Shown in pieces: positions 1-12,613 of a stretch of DNA of 64,000 nt (position 1 is its first letter; each line of letters begins with the position of its first letter). The position numbers and the translations under genes were made by a program. The notes under the pieces were generated by a model. It was not told the DNA's origin and searched no databases. It saw only the letters and a program-made list of their open reading frames with translations. The stretch is from Octopus sinensis (lineage: Eukaryota), in assembly GCF_006345805.1 (NCBI RefSeq), contig NC_043003.1, positions 20,956,001-21,020,000 on the forward strand, read 5' to 3'.

Positions 1-890
1 ATAATATTAGGTTGGAAATCATTTGCATTGCCTCTTTTATCCAGGGAACTTGGGGTGAGGTTGCAAAGGACAACAGGTATATGGGATTCAAAGGATTAAA
101 GTAGTTTGTATGAAATTGTCTTTGAACGGTATGGTCAATATTGGTGACCATAGTTATGTCAGTGATATTACATAGTACTGGTTTCAAATTTTGGCACAGA
201 GCCAGAAATTTAGTGGGGAGGGTGCTAAGTCATTTACAGAAATTTAGTGGGGAGTGAGGGGAGGGTGCTAGGTTATTTACATCGACCTCAGGGATCAACT
301 GGTTCTTATTTTATCAACCACAAAAGGATGAAAAGTAAAGTTGACTCCAGCAGCATTTGAACCCAGAACAAAAAGATGAACAATATACCACTACAACTGA
401 TGGATAACTTGAGCTCATGCATACACTTTCTTTTGTTTTATTGGGGGTTTTTTTTTCATATAATACATTAATGTCCTTGGATTCTGATATGTATCTATTA
501 CACTATGTATTACTCACACTCTTATATTGAATTTAAACCAGGTGTTAGGTTCAGTCAAAAAGATTTGAAACTTTTTCAGGAGAGGCATTTATTAATTTTA
601 AAAAAAGTATAAAACTCTAATCTCCTTTAAAATAAGATCTTCTGACTTCAATGTACTTGTTGTAGCACTCTGGCCATTTCGTAAAGGCTCCATGGAAGAC
701 CTTCAAAGTTAAGGTGTCTTGGAACCTTGTTACAGTTTCAATCTTCTCAATGTTTTCAAAACAGCTACCTGCCAGATTCTCTATCAGCTTGGGGAATAAC
801 TAAAAGTCACAAGGAGCAATATTTGGACTGCAGGGTTGGTTAGGGACAGTTTTGAAGTCCACCTCTGTCAAGTAGTTGCTTACCAGGATA

Positions 891-1057
891 GAATTGTGAC
901 AAGCAGTGTTTAGTGGGTTGTGACAAGCAGCATTTAGTAGGCTGTGACAAGCAACGTTTGATAGGCTGTGACAAGCAGTGCTTGGTAGGCTGTAACAAGC
1001 AGCATCTGGTAGGCTGTGGCAAACAGCATTTGATAGGCTGTGACAAACAGCATCTAG
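891..1057. repeat. 24-bp minisatellite, about 7 copies
   Basis: Unit aggctgtgacaagcagcatttgat with variants; explains repetitive ORFs 840-1046 and 913-1125. Confidence 0.9.
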
Positions 1058-1588
1058 TAAAGTGTATTCAATATGCTGTTTCAGCCAGCTCCTCTAATTG
1101 GATTGTCAAATTAATTGCTGTTTAGTAATGAGGTACTAAAATTACAATAATCTAGAACAGTTATAACTGTATCTCCTACAAAATACTTCTGCAATGCATC
1201 TAGTATATTGATAAATTGCACATGAATAAGAGTATTTCACTACATAGTCATCTTTCGAAAGATTAAGACTTGAGACTCTTGCTACCAGTTCATATAAATG
1301 CTTGAATTTGTTTGAAAAACATTCCATATTTTTGATATATTAGTAAATTGTAAGCATTTCATGAATATGAACATCTCTAATATGAACATGTTATACATTT
1401 GTAGATTGCCACGATTTGGTCTGTATCTAGTATGAGGGATTTCTCTGTTACTCTTCAAGTGATTATTCAGCTATATTTGCACCATTTAAGTAAAGTACTC
1501 ACTTGGAGTAAACAGATTTGTTGTCACACACTTAGAATCATTACTTATTACTGGTGATCCTGAATTAGATTTATGATTTATGTTTCAG

Positions 1589-1697
1589 AAATACGATAAA
1601 GAATTTGCTGATGCTATGCAAAAAGATAAATTGGATGCTCTCATCTGCCCTGTCATGTCTTCAACATCACTACTGATAAAGTGTTCAAACTTTGGAA
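1589..1697 (+). CDS. FAAH: Copy 1 exon equivalent to copy 2 exon 15
   Basis: tttcag|AAATAC...TTTGGAA|gtaagc; 109 nt, phase 0 to 1. Confidence 0.9.
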
Positions 1698-1981
1698 GTA
1701 AGCCCATAACACTTTAAATTAACCTAAATTGAACATTTGAAAAGTAAACTTCTAGAAAACTTAATCGCTTTACTCTTTTCTCTCTTTTACTTGCTTCAGT
1801 CATTTGATTGCAGCCATGCTGGAGCACCGCCTTTAATCAAGCAACTCGACCCCGGGACTTATTCTTTTGTAAGCCCAGTACTTATTCTATCGGTCTCTTT
1901 TGCCGAACCGCTAAGTAACGGGGACATAAACACACCAGCATCGGTTGTCAAGCAATGTTAGGGGGACAAACAGACACACAA

Positions 1982-2016
<35 letters not shown>

Positions 2017-3300
2017 CATATATATGATGGGCTTCTTTCAGTTTCTGTCTACCAAATCCACTCACAAGGCTTTAGTCGGCCCGAAGCTATAGTAGAAGAC
2101 ACTTGCCCAAGGTGCCACACAGTGGGACTGAACCCGGAACCATGTGGTTGGTAAACAAGCTACTTACCACACAGCCACTCCTGCGCCTATATGTAAATAT
2201 GTAAAAAAACATTATCTGTAATTGTAAAAGCACAGGTATGGCTGTATGGTTATGATGGTTGCTGAGGGAGTCTCTCCAGGTTGTGCCACTACTTACTCAC
2301 ATTGAGAAGTCACAGTTCCAATACTACAGAGAAGTGATTGGAATGTCACTGGGAAGAATTACAAAACGGATACTTCAAGCCGAGCCAACCAGCAGGTGAC
2401 CGATACAAGGGGTGTTGGAAAGTTCCTTGCTTTGAGGGTATCACAAAAAAAGGTCTGGTTGGAGGCCAATCCTCCTGTATTTTCTTTTATCCAAAGCCAG
2501 GAACTTTTCAGTACACCTTCATATAGTCCTGAATATAAAAAAGACAAAATTATTCATGCTGGATATCATTGATCATGGGATTGCTCAACGGGGTAGGCAA
2601 TGACTTGTGAATATAAACAACACCAACAACAATCATTTTACTTTCTCATGATTTATTTATTTTCTTTATAGGGTTTCCATCCTACACCTTGCTCTACAAT
2701 CTATTGAACTACCCTGTTGTGTCTATGCCTGTTACCAAGGTAACAGAAGAAGATGTAAAGAACACTTACAGTGTTAAAACATTGACTGAATACTTTGTGA
2801 AAAAGGTGGAATTAATTTTTATTTCATTATTTTTGTTTTGTTTTCTGTATGTTGTCTGTGGAACCATAACATCCTTAATTATAGGATTCCAATGGACTAG
2901 TCACTGATTTACTGCATTTCCAGTGGTGAGAGTGACAAGGGAATGTTTGTGTAACTCAGTTGGAAGAAATCACAAGGTATTTTTGTTCAATATACACCAA
3001 TTTTTAGGTTGTATATATGTGTGTGTGTATATATATAAATTAGTAAAAAACCACCTTTAATCAATTCAACAATGAAAAAATTAAATTATGTCATTTAGAA
3101 AAAATTACATCTTATAGAAAAATTAAATATAAGATAAAACATATACCAATGATTAAGTAATGTGCAAATAATAAATAAAACGTATATATTTGGTAGAATA
3201 ACTACACATGTTTCATGGGTATATTTAAGAAATGACAACAGTAAATTTATAATTTAATTTTTTCTTTGTTGAATTGATAAAAGGTGGTTTTTGTCTAATT

Positions 3301-3331
<31 letters not shown>

Positions 3332-6289
3332 GTATATAATATTTTGTGAAATTTGATTTAGGATTTCTAAATTGAATTTTTCCCTGTAAGTTTGGAATAA
3401 CATTCCCTATTATTATTATTATTATTATTAGTATTATCATTATTATATATATATATATACGTGGTCTGATCAATAAGTATCCGGACTGTTGCATTGTATG
3501 GAATCGAATGCATGCAGAGTCAAGCTGTTAGGACAGATTGACCTTGAATTCTGCTGATATGCACACTGTTTTAACATTCTAGCTCACTTCTGCTGTTTAC
3601 AGCAGTTCTTGGAAGGAAGGTGTGTAGCATGTGATCATCACATTGACCATGGCAGAGAAAGTTGAGCAGAGAATCTGCATCAAATTTTGCCAAAAGCTGA
3701 TAATACTGGCTGAAAGGCCTACACAAAGTTTTCATCATTCTTGACACGATGGAGACCTTGTGCAACTGAAACCCCAATGTCTTTTTGGTCAGGTGAAAGC
3801 AGTTTTGGCACAAACTTGACAGACTCACATCTCGTACCCAAATCTTAAGTAATAATGGACTGACCTGAACCGTGACTAATCTGCACATCCTCTGATAACT
3901 CACAGATGGTGATTCAATGATTTCCCCTCACAGCTGCATGCACATCTGTGATGTTTTTCTCAGTTTTGCTGGTTGTGGATCTTCCAGAACGTTCATCACT
4001 ATCGACATTTTTTCAGCCATCTTGGAAACGCCTGAACCTGTCATACACTTGTGTATGGTTCAGACACTCTTCCCCATACACTTTCTGCAACTTTGTGTAG
4101 GCCTCTAAGTAGGTATCGCCATGACAACTTTATCTGTCATTGTCAATGTAATGACCACATGCTACACCCCTTCCTTCCAAGCACTGCATTTATCAACCTT
4201 ATTGTAATTTGCGAGGAAAAGTGGATTCTGAACAATAATAAAAAAGGTTCTTCAGAGTTGTTGGGCCCAAATGAAGAACCAAAAACCTCCCCTAAACCTG
4301 AGCTCTTCAAAAAGAAGGTTATAGTGACTGTTTGGTGGTGTATTGCTGGACTCATTCACTATAACTTCTTAAAACCTGGAAAAACTATTACTGCAGAAAC
4401 ATATTGCCATGAAATTGCCAAAATGAATGAAAAACTACTACTCTTCCATCCCAAACTGGTCATCAGAAGGGGACCGATCATTCTTCATGACAATGCTCAA
4501 CCACACATTTCACTAATGACGCTCCAGAAGTTGAGGGAACTTGGCTACAAAGTTCTTTCCCACCTAGCGTATTTCCTAGACCTTTCGCCTTTATAAATGT
4601 TATGAGTTGTCCTATATATCAATTGTCCAGGTATGTGTTGTTCTGGTATCAGTTACCCTGGCACACATGTATGTATGTATGTAGGTAGGTAGGTAGGTAG
4701 GTATTTATGTAGGTATGTAGGTAGGTATGTAGGTAGGTGTGTATGTATGTATATATGTATGTAGGTATGTATATATGTATGTAGGTATGTGTGTATGTAG
4801 GTAGGTAGGTATGTATGTATGTAGGTGGGTAGGTAGGTAGGTGTATGTATTTATCTCTGTATATGTGTGTATGTATTTATCTCTGTATGTATTTGTGTCT
4901 ATGTATGTTTGAGAGTTCTTTTTTTTTTTTTTGATAAATTACAGGATAATCACCCCTCTTCAAAGCAAGCAGAGTTGGTGACATGATGGGCATTTAGTCA
5001 TAGTAAACTTTGCCCCAATGTACTCTCATTTGACCCATGCAAACAGGAAAAAGTAGACATCAAAATGATGGTGATGAAAATTATCTTATTAAACCCTGAA
5101 AGGGTTAAATGCAAAGTTGACTACAGTTGGATTTGAACTCAGAATGTAAATCTGGTGCCTAACTGATTCAGCAAATAGGAAAATTTGGAAAATACAACTA
5201 ACATTACTGTGTAGTAAGAAGTTTACTTCCCAAACACATGGTTCTAGGTTCAGCACCCCTGCATGGCACTTTGGGCAAGTGTCTTCTGTGGTCTCAGGTC
5301 AACCAAAGCCTTGTGAGTGGATTTGGTAGAAGAAAACTGAAAGAAGCCCATCACACACACAGACACGTGTTTTCGCTCAATAAACACACACAACGCCCGG
5401 TCTGGGAATTGAAACCATGATCCTCTGACCACGAGTCCGCTGCCCTAACCACTGGGCCATTGTGCCTCCACTGTTGTCATATAACTTAATGTATTCTCTG
5501 AATTATCGACCTTGTTTTTCATATATATTTACAGAATTAACTTCTACTCTAGATTTTGATCTTTTTTATCACTTGATGATGATCAGACATAAATCTAGTC
5601 AAAACATTTTGTAAAAATAAATGTTGTAAATATACATTCTAAAGGTATGGTTAATATTATGTATACTGTTTATATTAGTGAGACTGGTGTCCTCATCTTG
5701 ATTGCTGCTTTCACTACATCTCGGCTGTTATAAGCTCCAGCCTTCTTCAGGTGTTTTGTGTTGAACTTGGTTGTTGTATTGGAATATCAAACTTAACCTT
5801 TTATTTGATCCATGGAAGTACCTTGTTTTCATTCTGCTCTCTGCATTTCATGGAATTTCATACTTTTGTGAATTACCTTAGTGCTTTGCCTTGAATTGAA
5901 CTCAGAACTTCTAGAATTGTAAGTTTAAATAACCTGTGAAATTGCATAATCTTAATTCATTCTTATGTATTCGCACAGTCACATTAAATTAATATCTATT
6001 TATTTTCTATAAGAAGATAAGTAAAGTTATACATCTTAAGCAGCTCAGACATGCACCAAGGTTTAAATTTATGCCATTGTGAACTGCAGTTCAGTGAAGT
6101 TATCTTAAACTTTATTGACATGGACTCATTTATAAACATTCCATATATATGTTTTGTTTTTTGCAGTCAATTCCAGGCAGCGTTGGACTCCCAGTCAATG
6201 TCCAGGTTGTTGTTCCTACATATAAGGATGAGCTTGCATTACGCATCATGAAAGAACTGGATAGTGAACTGAAGAAGAAAAGCAACTAG
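1589..6289 (+). CDS. FAAH: FAAH-like amidase, upstream paralogue (copy 1); last three coding exons only, 5' part outside window
   Basis: Exons 1589-1697, 2672-2805 and 6167-6289 splice in frame to [25 protein letters not shown]...[25 protein letters not shown]...[28 protein letters not shown]...*, matching the FAAH1 C-terminus (SYTMLYN..FPAGVVPVTTV; GLPVAVQ; EELCLRFMREVE). Confidence 0.9.
1771..2187 (-). mobile_element. tRNA-derived SINE, family A (about 420 bp), near-complete copy
   Basis: Head ggcgcaggagtggctgtgtggtaag...gttcagtccc, internal (TA)/(CA) tract, tail ...ggccgcagtcaaatgactgaaacaagtaaaagag; many copies in the window. Confidence 0.8.
2406..2521. mobile_element. Mariner-type MITE (about 116 bp)
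   Basis: TA|caaggggtgttggaaagttcc ... ggaacttttcagtacaccttca|TA; imperfect TIR; directly follows an RTE-like remnant (RITKRILQAEPT). Confidence 0.6.
2672..2805 (+). CDS. FAAH: Copy 1 penultimate exon
   Basis: ttatag|GGTTTCCA...AAAAAG|gtggaa; 134 nt; (R)[14 protein letters not shown]...YFVKK. Confidence 0.9.
3038..3300. mobile_element. MITE with about 52-bp TIRs inserted in (TA)n
   Basis: aattagtaaaaaaccacctttaatcaattcaacaatgaaaaaattaaattat versus its reverse complement at 3249-3300. Confidence 0.75.
3460..4200. mobile_element. Rearranged mariner: 5' end on + joined to an inverted 5' transposase fragment on -
   Basis: TA|cgtggtctgatcaataagtatccggac terminus; MAEKVEQRICIKFCQKL on +; EAYTKLQKVYGEECL...DERSGRSTT...VKFVPKLL on - with stops. 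Confidence 0.85.
4201..4593 (+). pseudogene. Mariner transposase catalytic-domain fragment (degenerate)
   Basis: CEEKWIL (first Asp to Glu), KVIVTVWW, ILHDNAQPH, AYFLDLSP (YSPDLSP); truncated before the third Asp. Confidence 0.88.
4670..4850. repeat. (GTAG)n/(GTAT)n microsatellite
   Basis: Direct inspection. Confidence 0.95.
6167..6289 (+). CDS. FAAH: Copy 1 terminal exon
   Basis: ttgcag|TCAATT...AACTAG; [13 protein letters not shown]...KKKSN*. Confidence 0.9.
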   Translation, partial: SIPGSVGLPVNVQVVVPTYKDELALRIMKELDSELKKKSN

Positions 6290-6792
6290 CGTGTATATCC
6301 ACCCTTACTTCATCAAATTCCAGTGATATATGATGACTGGTATCACATTGATTCCACTTTAGAAGAAGGTTGATATTGTGTTGCAGGACCTAGGTTTTCT
6401 TTATAAAGAATAATGGCATTTAACTCCTATTGCTTGTTTAAGATGGTTAGCATCTGTCCTTTATTATGTCTTGTTCATATTTGCAATGTAGAACTTTAAA
6501 ATCACTATTTCTCCACGTATGGACCTAAATTTATTGTCATGAAACTTGACAGGAATTAAAATATCATTTGCCTCTAACATATTGCAAGAAAATCCAAAAA
6601 AACGATCCTTAGTAATACAATACTGATTATTATAATATCAGTATTATAGCCCATCTACCACCTACACCCCATTCATCTCATATTCTACTCATGTATCTCC
6701 CAATAATATAACACAATCTACACTGCTACATATTCTACACAATCAACACCTGACATTAAAACACATCACACGACACAAATATATGATACAGT

Positions 6793-7756
6793 TGTAGCGG
6801 ACACTCTCTCTGTTATATATACATAAGTACGGATGTAATAGATAACAGCTAGTCTTCAGCCGCCCTTTTGGACCCTGTTGTGTCCACTACTCTGATTGGT
6901 TGGTATTGGTGCATTTTGTCTCTTGCTCTGTTACACGCCACTATGCAAGCCAAACAATCGCAGCCTTCTGATAAGGTTAGGTGAGACAATCTCTTCCAAA
7001 CATTTCAGTGAGCCGATAGTACACTACAAAACGGTAGCTTCAACACCATCTGGATGTCAGTCGGTTCCAGACCCTTTTAGGTCTAGCCACTGACCACACA
7101 GGACACAGCCAGTTCCAGCGACAACAGACCACAGCAGCCACATGGAGACTTATCAATACTTGACCAACAGCATACGGCAATCTCTTTCATCGCCTCCGTC
7201 ATCTTAACATCATCAACATCTCTCTATGTACACAGCAACCAGCAACCCACGTACAGGTTTTATCTTAACACTGTTCATGAATTACTTCACCATGGCTAAC
7301 AGCAAGTACAACCAGCGAGAACTCCTGTAACAAATCAACCGGCTCTGCATAGTAGCCACAGCTTTCCGCACGACATGTGCCTCAATCAGTTCTGCATTGC
7401 AGCCTCAACTTCTTGTTACAGCACTTCATCTATCATGTACCTTGACTACGAACTGGTATTTATCTTCCTTGTGTCTGAACATTCTTCTAGCGTCCTATTA
7501 TAGACTCTTTCAAAACTCTATACTTAATGCTCACACATATACATTATGTATACGCACATACACATTATGTATACATGATGGCCTGTCTATATGATGCACA
7601 CACATATTAACCTATCAATAAACTCTTCTCTTAACATTCTACCGGTTGTGTCTCTCTTTTCCTTCTGGCACTTGTACTCATTCATACTTTTCGTATTTAT
7701 TGTAATCGACTGTCCAATGTATTAAAGGAGCCATTCATCATCACCTCTCCTTCACA
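6793..7756 (+). mobile_element. Solo LTR (964 bp), probably Ty3/Gypsy
   Basis: TGTAGC...CTTCACA termini, 4-bp TSD cagt/cagt, internal aataaa; homologous throughout to 37078-38040 (reverse). Confidence 0.85.
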
Positions 7757-9313
7757 CAGTCATTCTACACAGTCACCACACAATACACAAAGCACATAGC
7801 AACTCACACACCACAAATATGTAATACAGGCACCACACAACACCCAAAGCACATAGCGCGACTCACACAGAGCAAATACGTGATACAGTCACTACGCAAC
7901 CCCCAAAGCACATACTCTACACAACACAGATGAACAATCAAAGTATCATCTGAAGGAACCTAACAAACCCGTTAAGTAGAAATCATGCTAAGCGTGACAC
8001 TGTAGCTCAACACAGGTCTCTGGTTCCCTTTCAAACAGTTCCATCCATGCCAGGATAGAAAGTGGACGTTAAATAATGATGATTCCAATAAGTCACAATT
8101 CTAAAACAACAAAAGACAATGTTGTATGCACTTCAGTAAGACACAAGTGCATCTGGTGGTGCAGTAGAAACTCAGAGAAAGATACTGAGAATATGATAAA
8201 ATATAATAATTATATTAATAAATATGAATAAGAATTTATTTTAGCATTTAGCTTCTTGATATTCATTACAGTTCATTCCGGATATCATTACATCAAATAT
8301 TTTCATCTGAAATGTTGTCTGAAAATAAAATGCTACTGTAAGGAGAGTTAGTGTAATGTTAGTAATTTATAAAGCAAAAACCAAATTTGAAATATGAAAG
8401 TAGCATTTGCATAGAGTAGTGTGTGATTCTTAAAAACGGTCTCCATCACAAGAATTAAGTTAGCTGTATTATTTAGCTAGCAATATTTTAAAAATTCACA
8501 AATTGTACTTGAAGATAATACAAGCAAATTATCTCCATATAAGAAAAGAATGAGATCTCTCTTAAATATCAACAACAGTTTAATTAATGGTATCACACAT
8601 TTTGTAGGTAGCTGGGTGACTATACCATTCATACATTACTTCAGGCAGCTTACCATGCCATCTTCTCATGTATTATAAATTGTGTCTATTAATTTATTAA
8701 TACTATTTCTTTTCCACTTTGGTCACATGGCACTAGCAGGGGAGTTTATTCTACTAATGGCAGAAATTTGTGCTTATAATGTCTAATATTACTTCCATTA
8801 AATCTTAAAAGTTAATTGCAATATATTTATTTCATTAAGAAATATTGTTAGACACATATTTGATTCTGAGGGGAGAGTAATGGAAAGGGCAGCTTCTTTT
8901 ATTCAAAAAGACTCTCAAAAATGATAGAGAGATTGCGAGAAAGATAAAAGATCTGTTGCAACCATGCTGTTGTAGGATAATATCTACAAAAGATCATTGC
9001 ATTTCTTTCTATATATACGTTTTCAGATCACACCTCTGCTAATCCCTATTAGCATAGACCATCACAGACAAGGATGTTTATGCTTTGGATGTCACATGAC
9101 CACAAATTTAAAAGTTAACATTTGTTTCGACAGTGACAAAACTGTCAACAAGAATGTTGTACTAAAAGCTGGGAACTGATACTTCTGAGTCCTGTGTAAT
9201 TTTTACTCTGTAAAAATTAAAAGATTTATTCAATCAACTAAATGCATTCATGTTTTAAACAAGATTGGTTTATTGTTAACATTTCCATCACTCAATAGCA
9301 GAGTACCTATGAC

Positions 9314-9483
9314 CAGGGCTGTCTTAGCAACATTATAGGCTGCAGGAGAAATCAATGCACTGGGCCCTATAGTTATGTGTTCATTGACAGAAAGTAGCAG
9401 CATACATACATTAGAACTGGCTCCCTAGACCTGTGAGAACTCTGTGCAACTGCTCAGAGTGCTCATGCTTTAAGACACTACTG
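9314..9483. mobile_element. hAT-like MITE (170 bp)
   Basis: TIR cagggctgtctta / taagacactactg (10/13); flanks cctatgac / cttatggc (6/8), consistent with a decayed 8-bp TSD. Confidence 0.6.
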
Positions 9484-10669
9484 CTTATGGCTTTCACTGT
9501 GTATTAACTTAAGGTTTAATAAAAGGTCTACATTCTAGGCCACTTTGAATGATCTGCTTGCAACATTTGATTTACAGGGATACAGACGGAGAAGGATATT
9601 TTTTCTTAGGTTTCCTAAGTTTAGATCGATACCAAATTAAATTGGATTACAGTCATAGGATTCAAATCACACACAAGACCTATAAAGTAAGGATTCAGCT
9701 GAGACCTAGAGAGTAAAGAGGAGGACCTTGGTTATCTACTGATCTCTCCTTAAAGAAAAAAAACTTGGTCTCTATCCATTTTGAGAGAAATATTCTCTTC
9801 GAGGCTCTACAAAAACGTAATTGCGTCAGGTAATTAAATAGGTCTAAAAAATACTTTCATGTAAAGCTTTAATGAACTGAATAATTAAGTTGTGGTCTTA
9901 TCAGCCCTATTCAGTTAGAAGTAATCCAAAGAATTACAGTGAAACCACAATACAGGAAAATATTTAAAATAACATAAAAAGACTTTTATCTTTTTACAAT
10001 ATTATTCAAATATATTATTTTTACAATGAAAAGCATATAATTTAGATTTCTTTTTTTAAATCTTGTCGAGAATTAAAAGAATATTAATATTACCTTTTAA
10101 ATGATATTATATTGTCTTTATTTGTAAAATTTTATAATAAAACCAATGGACTGATTTTAATCTTCCTTTGTATTCATTTTAAGAACTCAATAAACTTGTG
10201 TACAGCAATACTGTCTTACTTCTCATTATTTCAGTTGGTAAAATTTTCAGATTTTTATATATTGTGAAATTACAATTTGTCCAGTGAAATCAGACTGCAG
10301 CCTTCCAGTTTGCCAGCCTTGGTCAAACTATCCAATACATGCCAGCATGGACAACGTGTTAAATAATGATGATGATGAATATGGTGTTTACATGTTGTTC
10401 AAAGTTATAGTTCACTGACTTTAGGAAACATAGTGCAGAGAACAGTCACTGGTATCATGATTAGCTAGTGAGCTTGTTAAAAGATCTCCATCAGAAAAAA
10501 ACAAACTGGCTCCTTAAGAGAATCAACCAAGTGGAACAGTTGATGACCATTAAGCAAAAATTAATGACTGAGTCCCTATAGGCGTAGGAGTGGCTGTGTG
10601 GTAAGTAGCTTGCTTACAAACTGCATTATTCTGGGTTCAGTCTCATTGCATGGCACCTTGCGCAAGTGG

Positions 10670-11653
10670 TTGAGCTGTGTACGTAGAGATGTTGATGTCA
10701 TTAAGAAGAAGATGGTGGCGACGAAGAAAGAGATTGCCATAATGCTGGACAGGTGTTATCGTCTGGCTCACAGGTTGTGTCTTTGCTGTGAAATAATTCA
10801 CGAACAGTACTATGTTGAAACCAGAGGGTCTGGCTTTGTCGCTGAAACTGGCTGTCTTATGTGGTCAGTGGCTATACCTTAGAAGGTCTGGAACCAAAGA
10901 CTTTGAGACGAGAAATAGCTGGGTTTTTATAAAGAGCTATAGGCTCAAACTGAGTTAAGAACAGGCCGTCTCACGTGATCTTATTTAGAGCACCGATTGG
11001 TTATACACTGCAGGTTGGCACGACAGAGTAAGAGACAAATTGTGCCAGCACCAACCAATCAGAGTAGTGAATACAATGGGGTCCAAATAGCAGTCAAGGG
11101 CTAGCTGTTATCCGCTACGTTTGAATGTATGTATATATAACAAAGGAGAGAGGAATTTCACTCAAGTGTACACTACAGACAGCCCCTCAGAAGTCATTTT
11201 GTGGGAGACAAAATAGACGATAAAAGGAAGATATTTCTGTAGCGAAAAGGTGAAATTAGAAAGAACATTTGTTCATTAAAGTAAAATGAAAGCTGGCACT
11301 GAAGTATGAAATAGAATGTGTGTTCTAAGTCGGGTCACCTTAAAGATTGTGGACCATGATACGTGTTCTACGTTGGGTCACCATTTTTAGAAGGACGTTG
11401 TGGAGCGTGTTCTATGTTGGGGTCACCATTTTTAGATGCTCGTTGTCTCACGTGATCTTATTTAGGAGCACCGATTGGTTTATACGCTAAAGATTGGCGT
11501 GACAGAGTAAGAGACAAATTGCACCAATACCAACCAATCAGAGTAGTGGACACAATGGGGTCCAAATCACGGCCAAAGGCTAGTTGTTATCTGCTATGTT
11601 CAAATGTGTATATATATAATAAAGCGGAGATGAATTTCACTCAAGTGTACGCT

Positions 11654-11656
<3 letters not shown>
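10670..11656 (-). mobile_element. Deleted LTR element: two partial LTRs of the 6.8/37 kb family flanking about 270 bp of internal sequence
   Basis: LTR 5' ends at 11177 and 11656 (rc TGTAG); internal tggtgacc(c)aac motifs in three 43-45-bp repeats; agggg just before the second LTR. Confidence 0.7.
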
Positions 11657-11687
<31 letters not shown>

Positions 11688-11899
11688 GATATAATATAAT
11701 GTAATACACACACACACATACATACATACAATTGGCTTCTTTCAATTACTGACAAGTCTTTGATTGACCCTAAGCTATAGTAGAAGATACTTCCCCAAGG
11801 GGTCACATGATGGGACTGAACTCAGAAATATGTGGTTGAGAAGCAATCTTCTAACTACACGGCCATGCCCATGTATATCTATATGTATATAAGTATATA

Positions 11900-12326
11900 C
11901 TTAAATTGGTCAAACTAATGGAAACACCTTAAAATTTCAAACAAATTTATTTTAATATGTGGTAGGACTGCCTTTCGCAGTAATTACAGCTTGAATTCTA
12001 CGAGGAAGTTTGAATTGTTTCCAAAAGGAATTTTTATCCATTCTTCTTGATGCACCAAATATTTTGGCTGTTTTCATTATGCTATCGCCTGCCATACAAG
12101 CACCAACAATTTGACCTCTTTGAAAGTCTGAAAGATCTATCATTTTAATTACCTTTCTCTGATGATATCTGAAAAGAGACAGCAATTTTAGCAAAACAAA
12201 TTAAGCAACACTAATCATAAATAAAAAAAACATAAAAATAAACAAACTTTTGATGGTTTTACAGATATTTCAAAATTATGATGCTATGATGATGCTAGGT
12301 GTTTCCATTATTTTGTCCAACCCCTG
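11900..12326 (-). mobile_element. Internally deleted Tc1 element (427 bp)
   Basis: TA-flanked TIRs ending ttgg.caaa.taatggaaacacc; N-terminal (DLSDFQRGQIVGA) fused to C-terminal (LPRRIQAVITAKGSPTTY*) transposase. Confidence 0.85.
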
Positions 12327-12363
12327 TATGTATATATTTTTTAAAAAAATGAATAAGAACTAG

Positions 12364-12613
12364 AGTAATGTTTATTACCATTTTTACATGGCTATTTCAT
12401 GCAGAACAAATGAACAAATGTTACTACATGTTAACTCCAGGAAAACTGCTTTTCCTGCTGGTTAATGACACACAACATGTGTCTGTTTACTTGCAATAAA
12501 ACAGACAGTTTGTGTGTCATTATCCAGCAGGAAAAGATGCTTTCCTGGTATTAAAATGTAGTAACATTTGTTCTGCATGGAACAGCCACATAAAAGTGGT
12601 AACAAATATTACT
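12364..12613. repeat. Long imperfect palindrome (about 120-bp arms, 10-nt loop)
   Basis: Arms align end to end; one arm has an 8-bp gaacaaat duplication. Confidence 0.85.

Noticed and set aside
891-1057. 24-bp repeats as a CRISPR array or repeat protein
   Set aside because: Head-to-tail units with no unique spacers, in eukaryotic context.
4051-4596. 181-aa ORF as a host gene (SETMAR-like)
   Set aside because: Chimera of antisense mariner sequence and a decayed DDD fragment; no SET domain and catalytic motifs are mutated.
1589-6289. Copy 1 as an allelic or haplotig duplicate of copy 2
   Set aside because: 22/134 differences in exon 16, different C-termini and different intron TE content.
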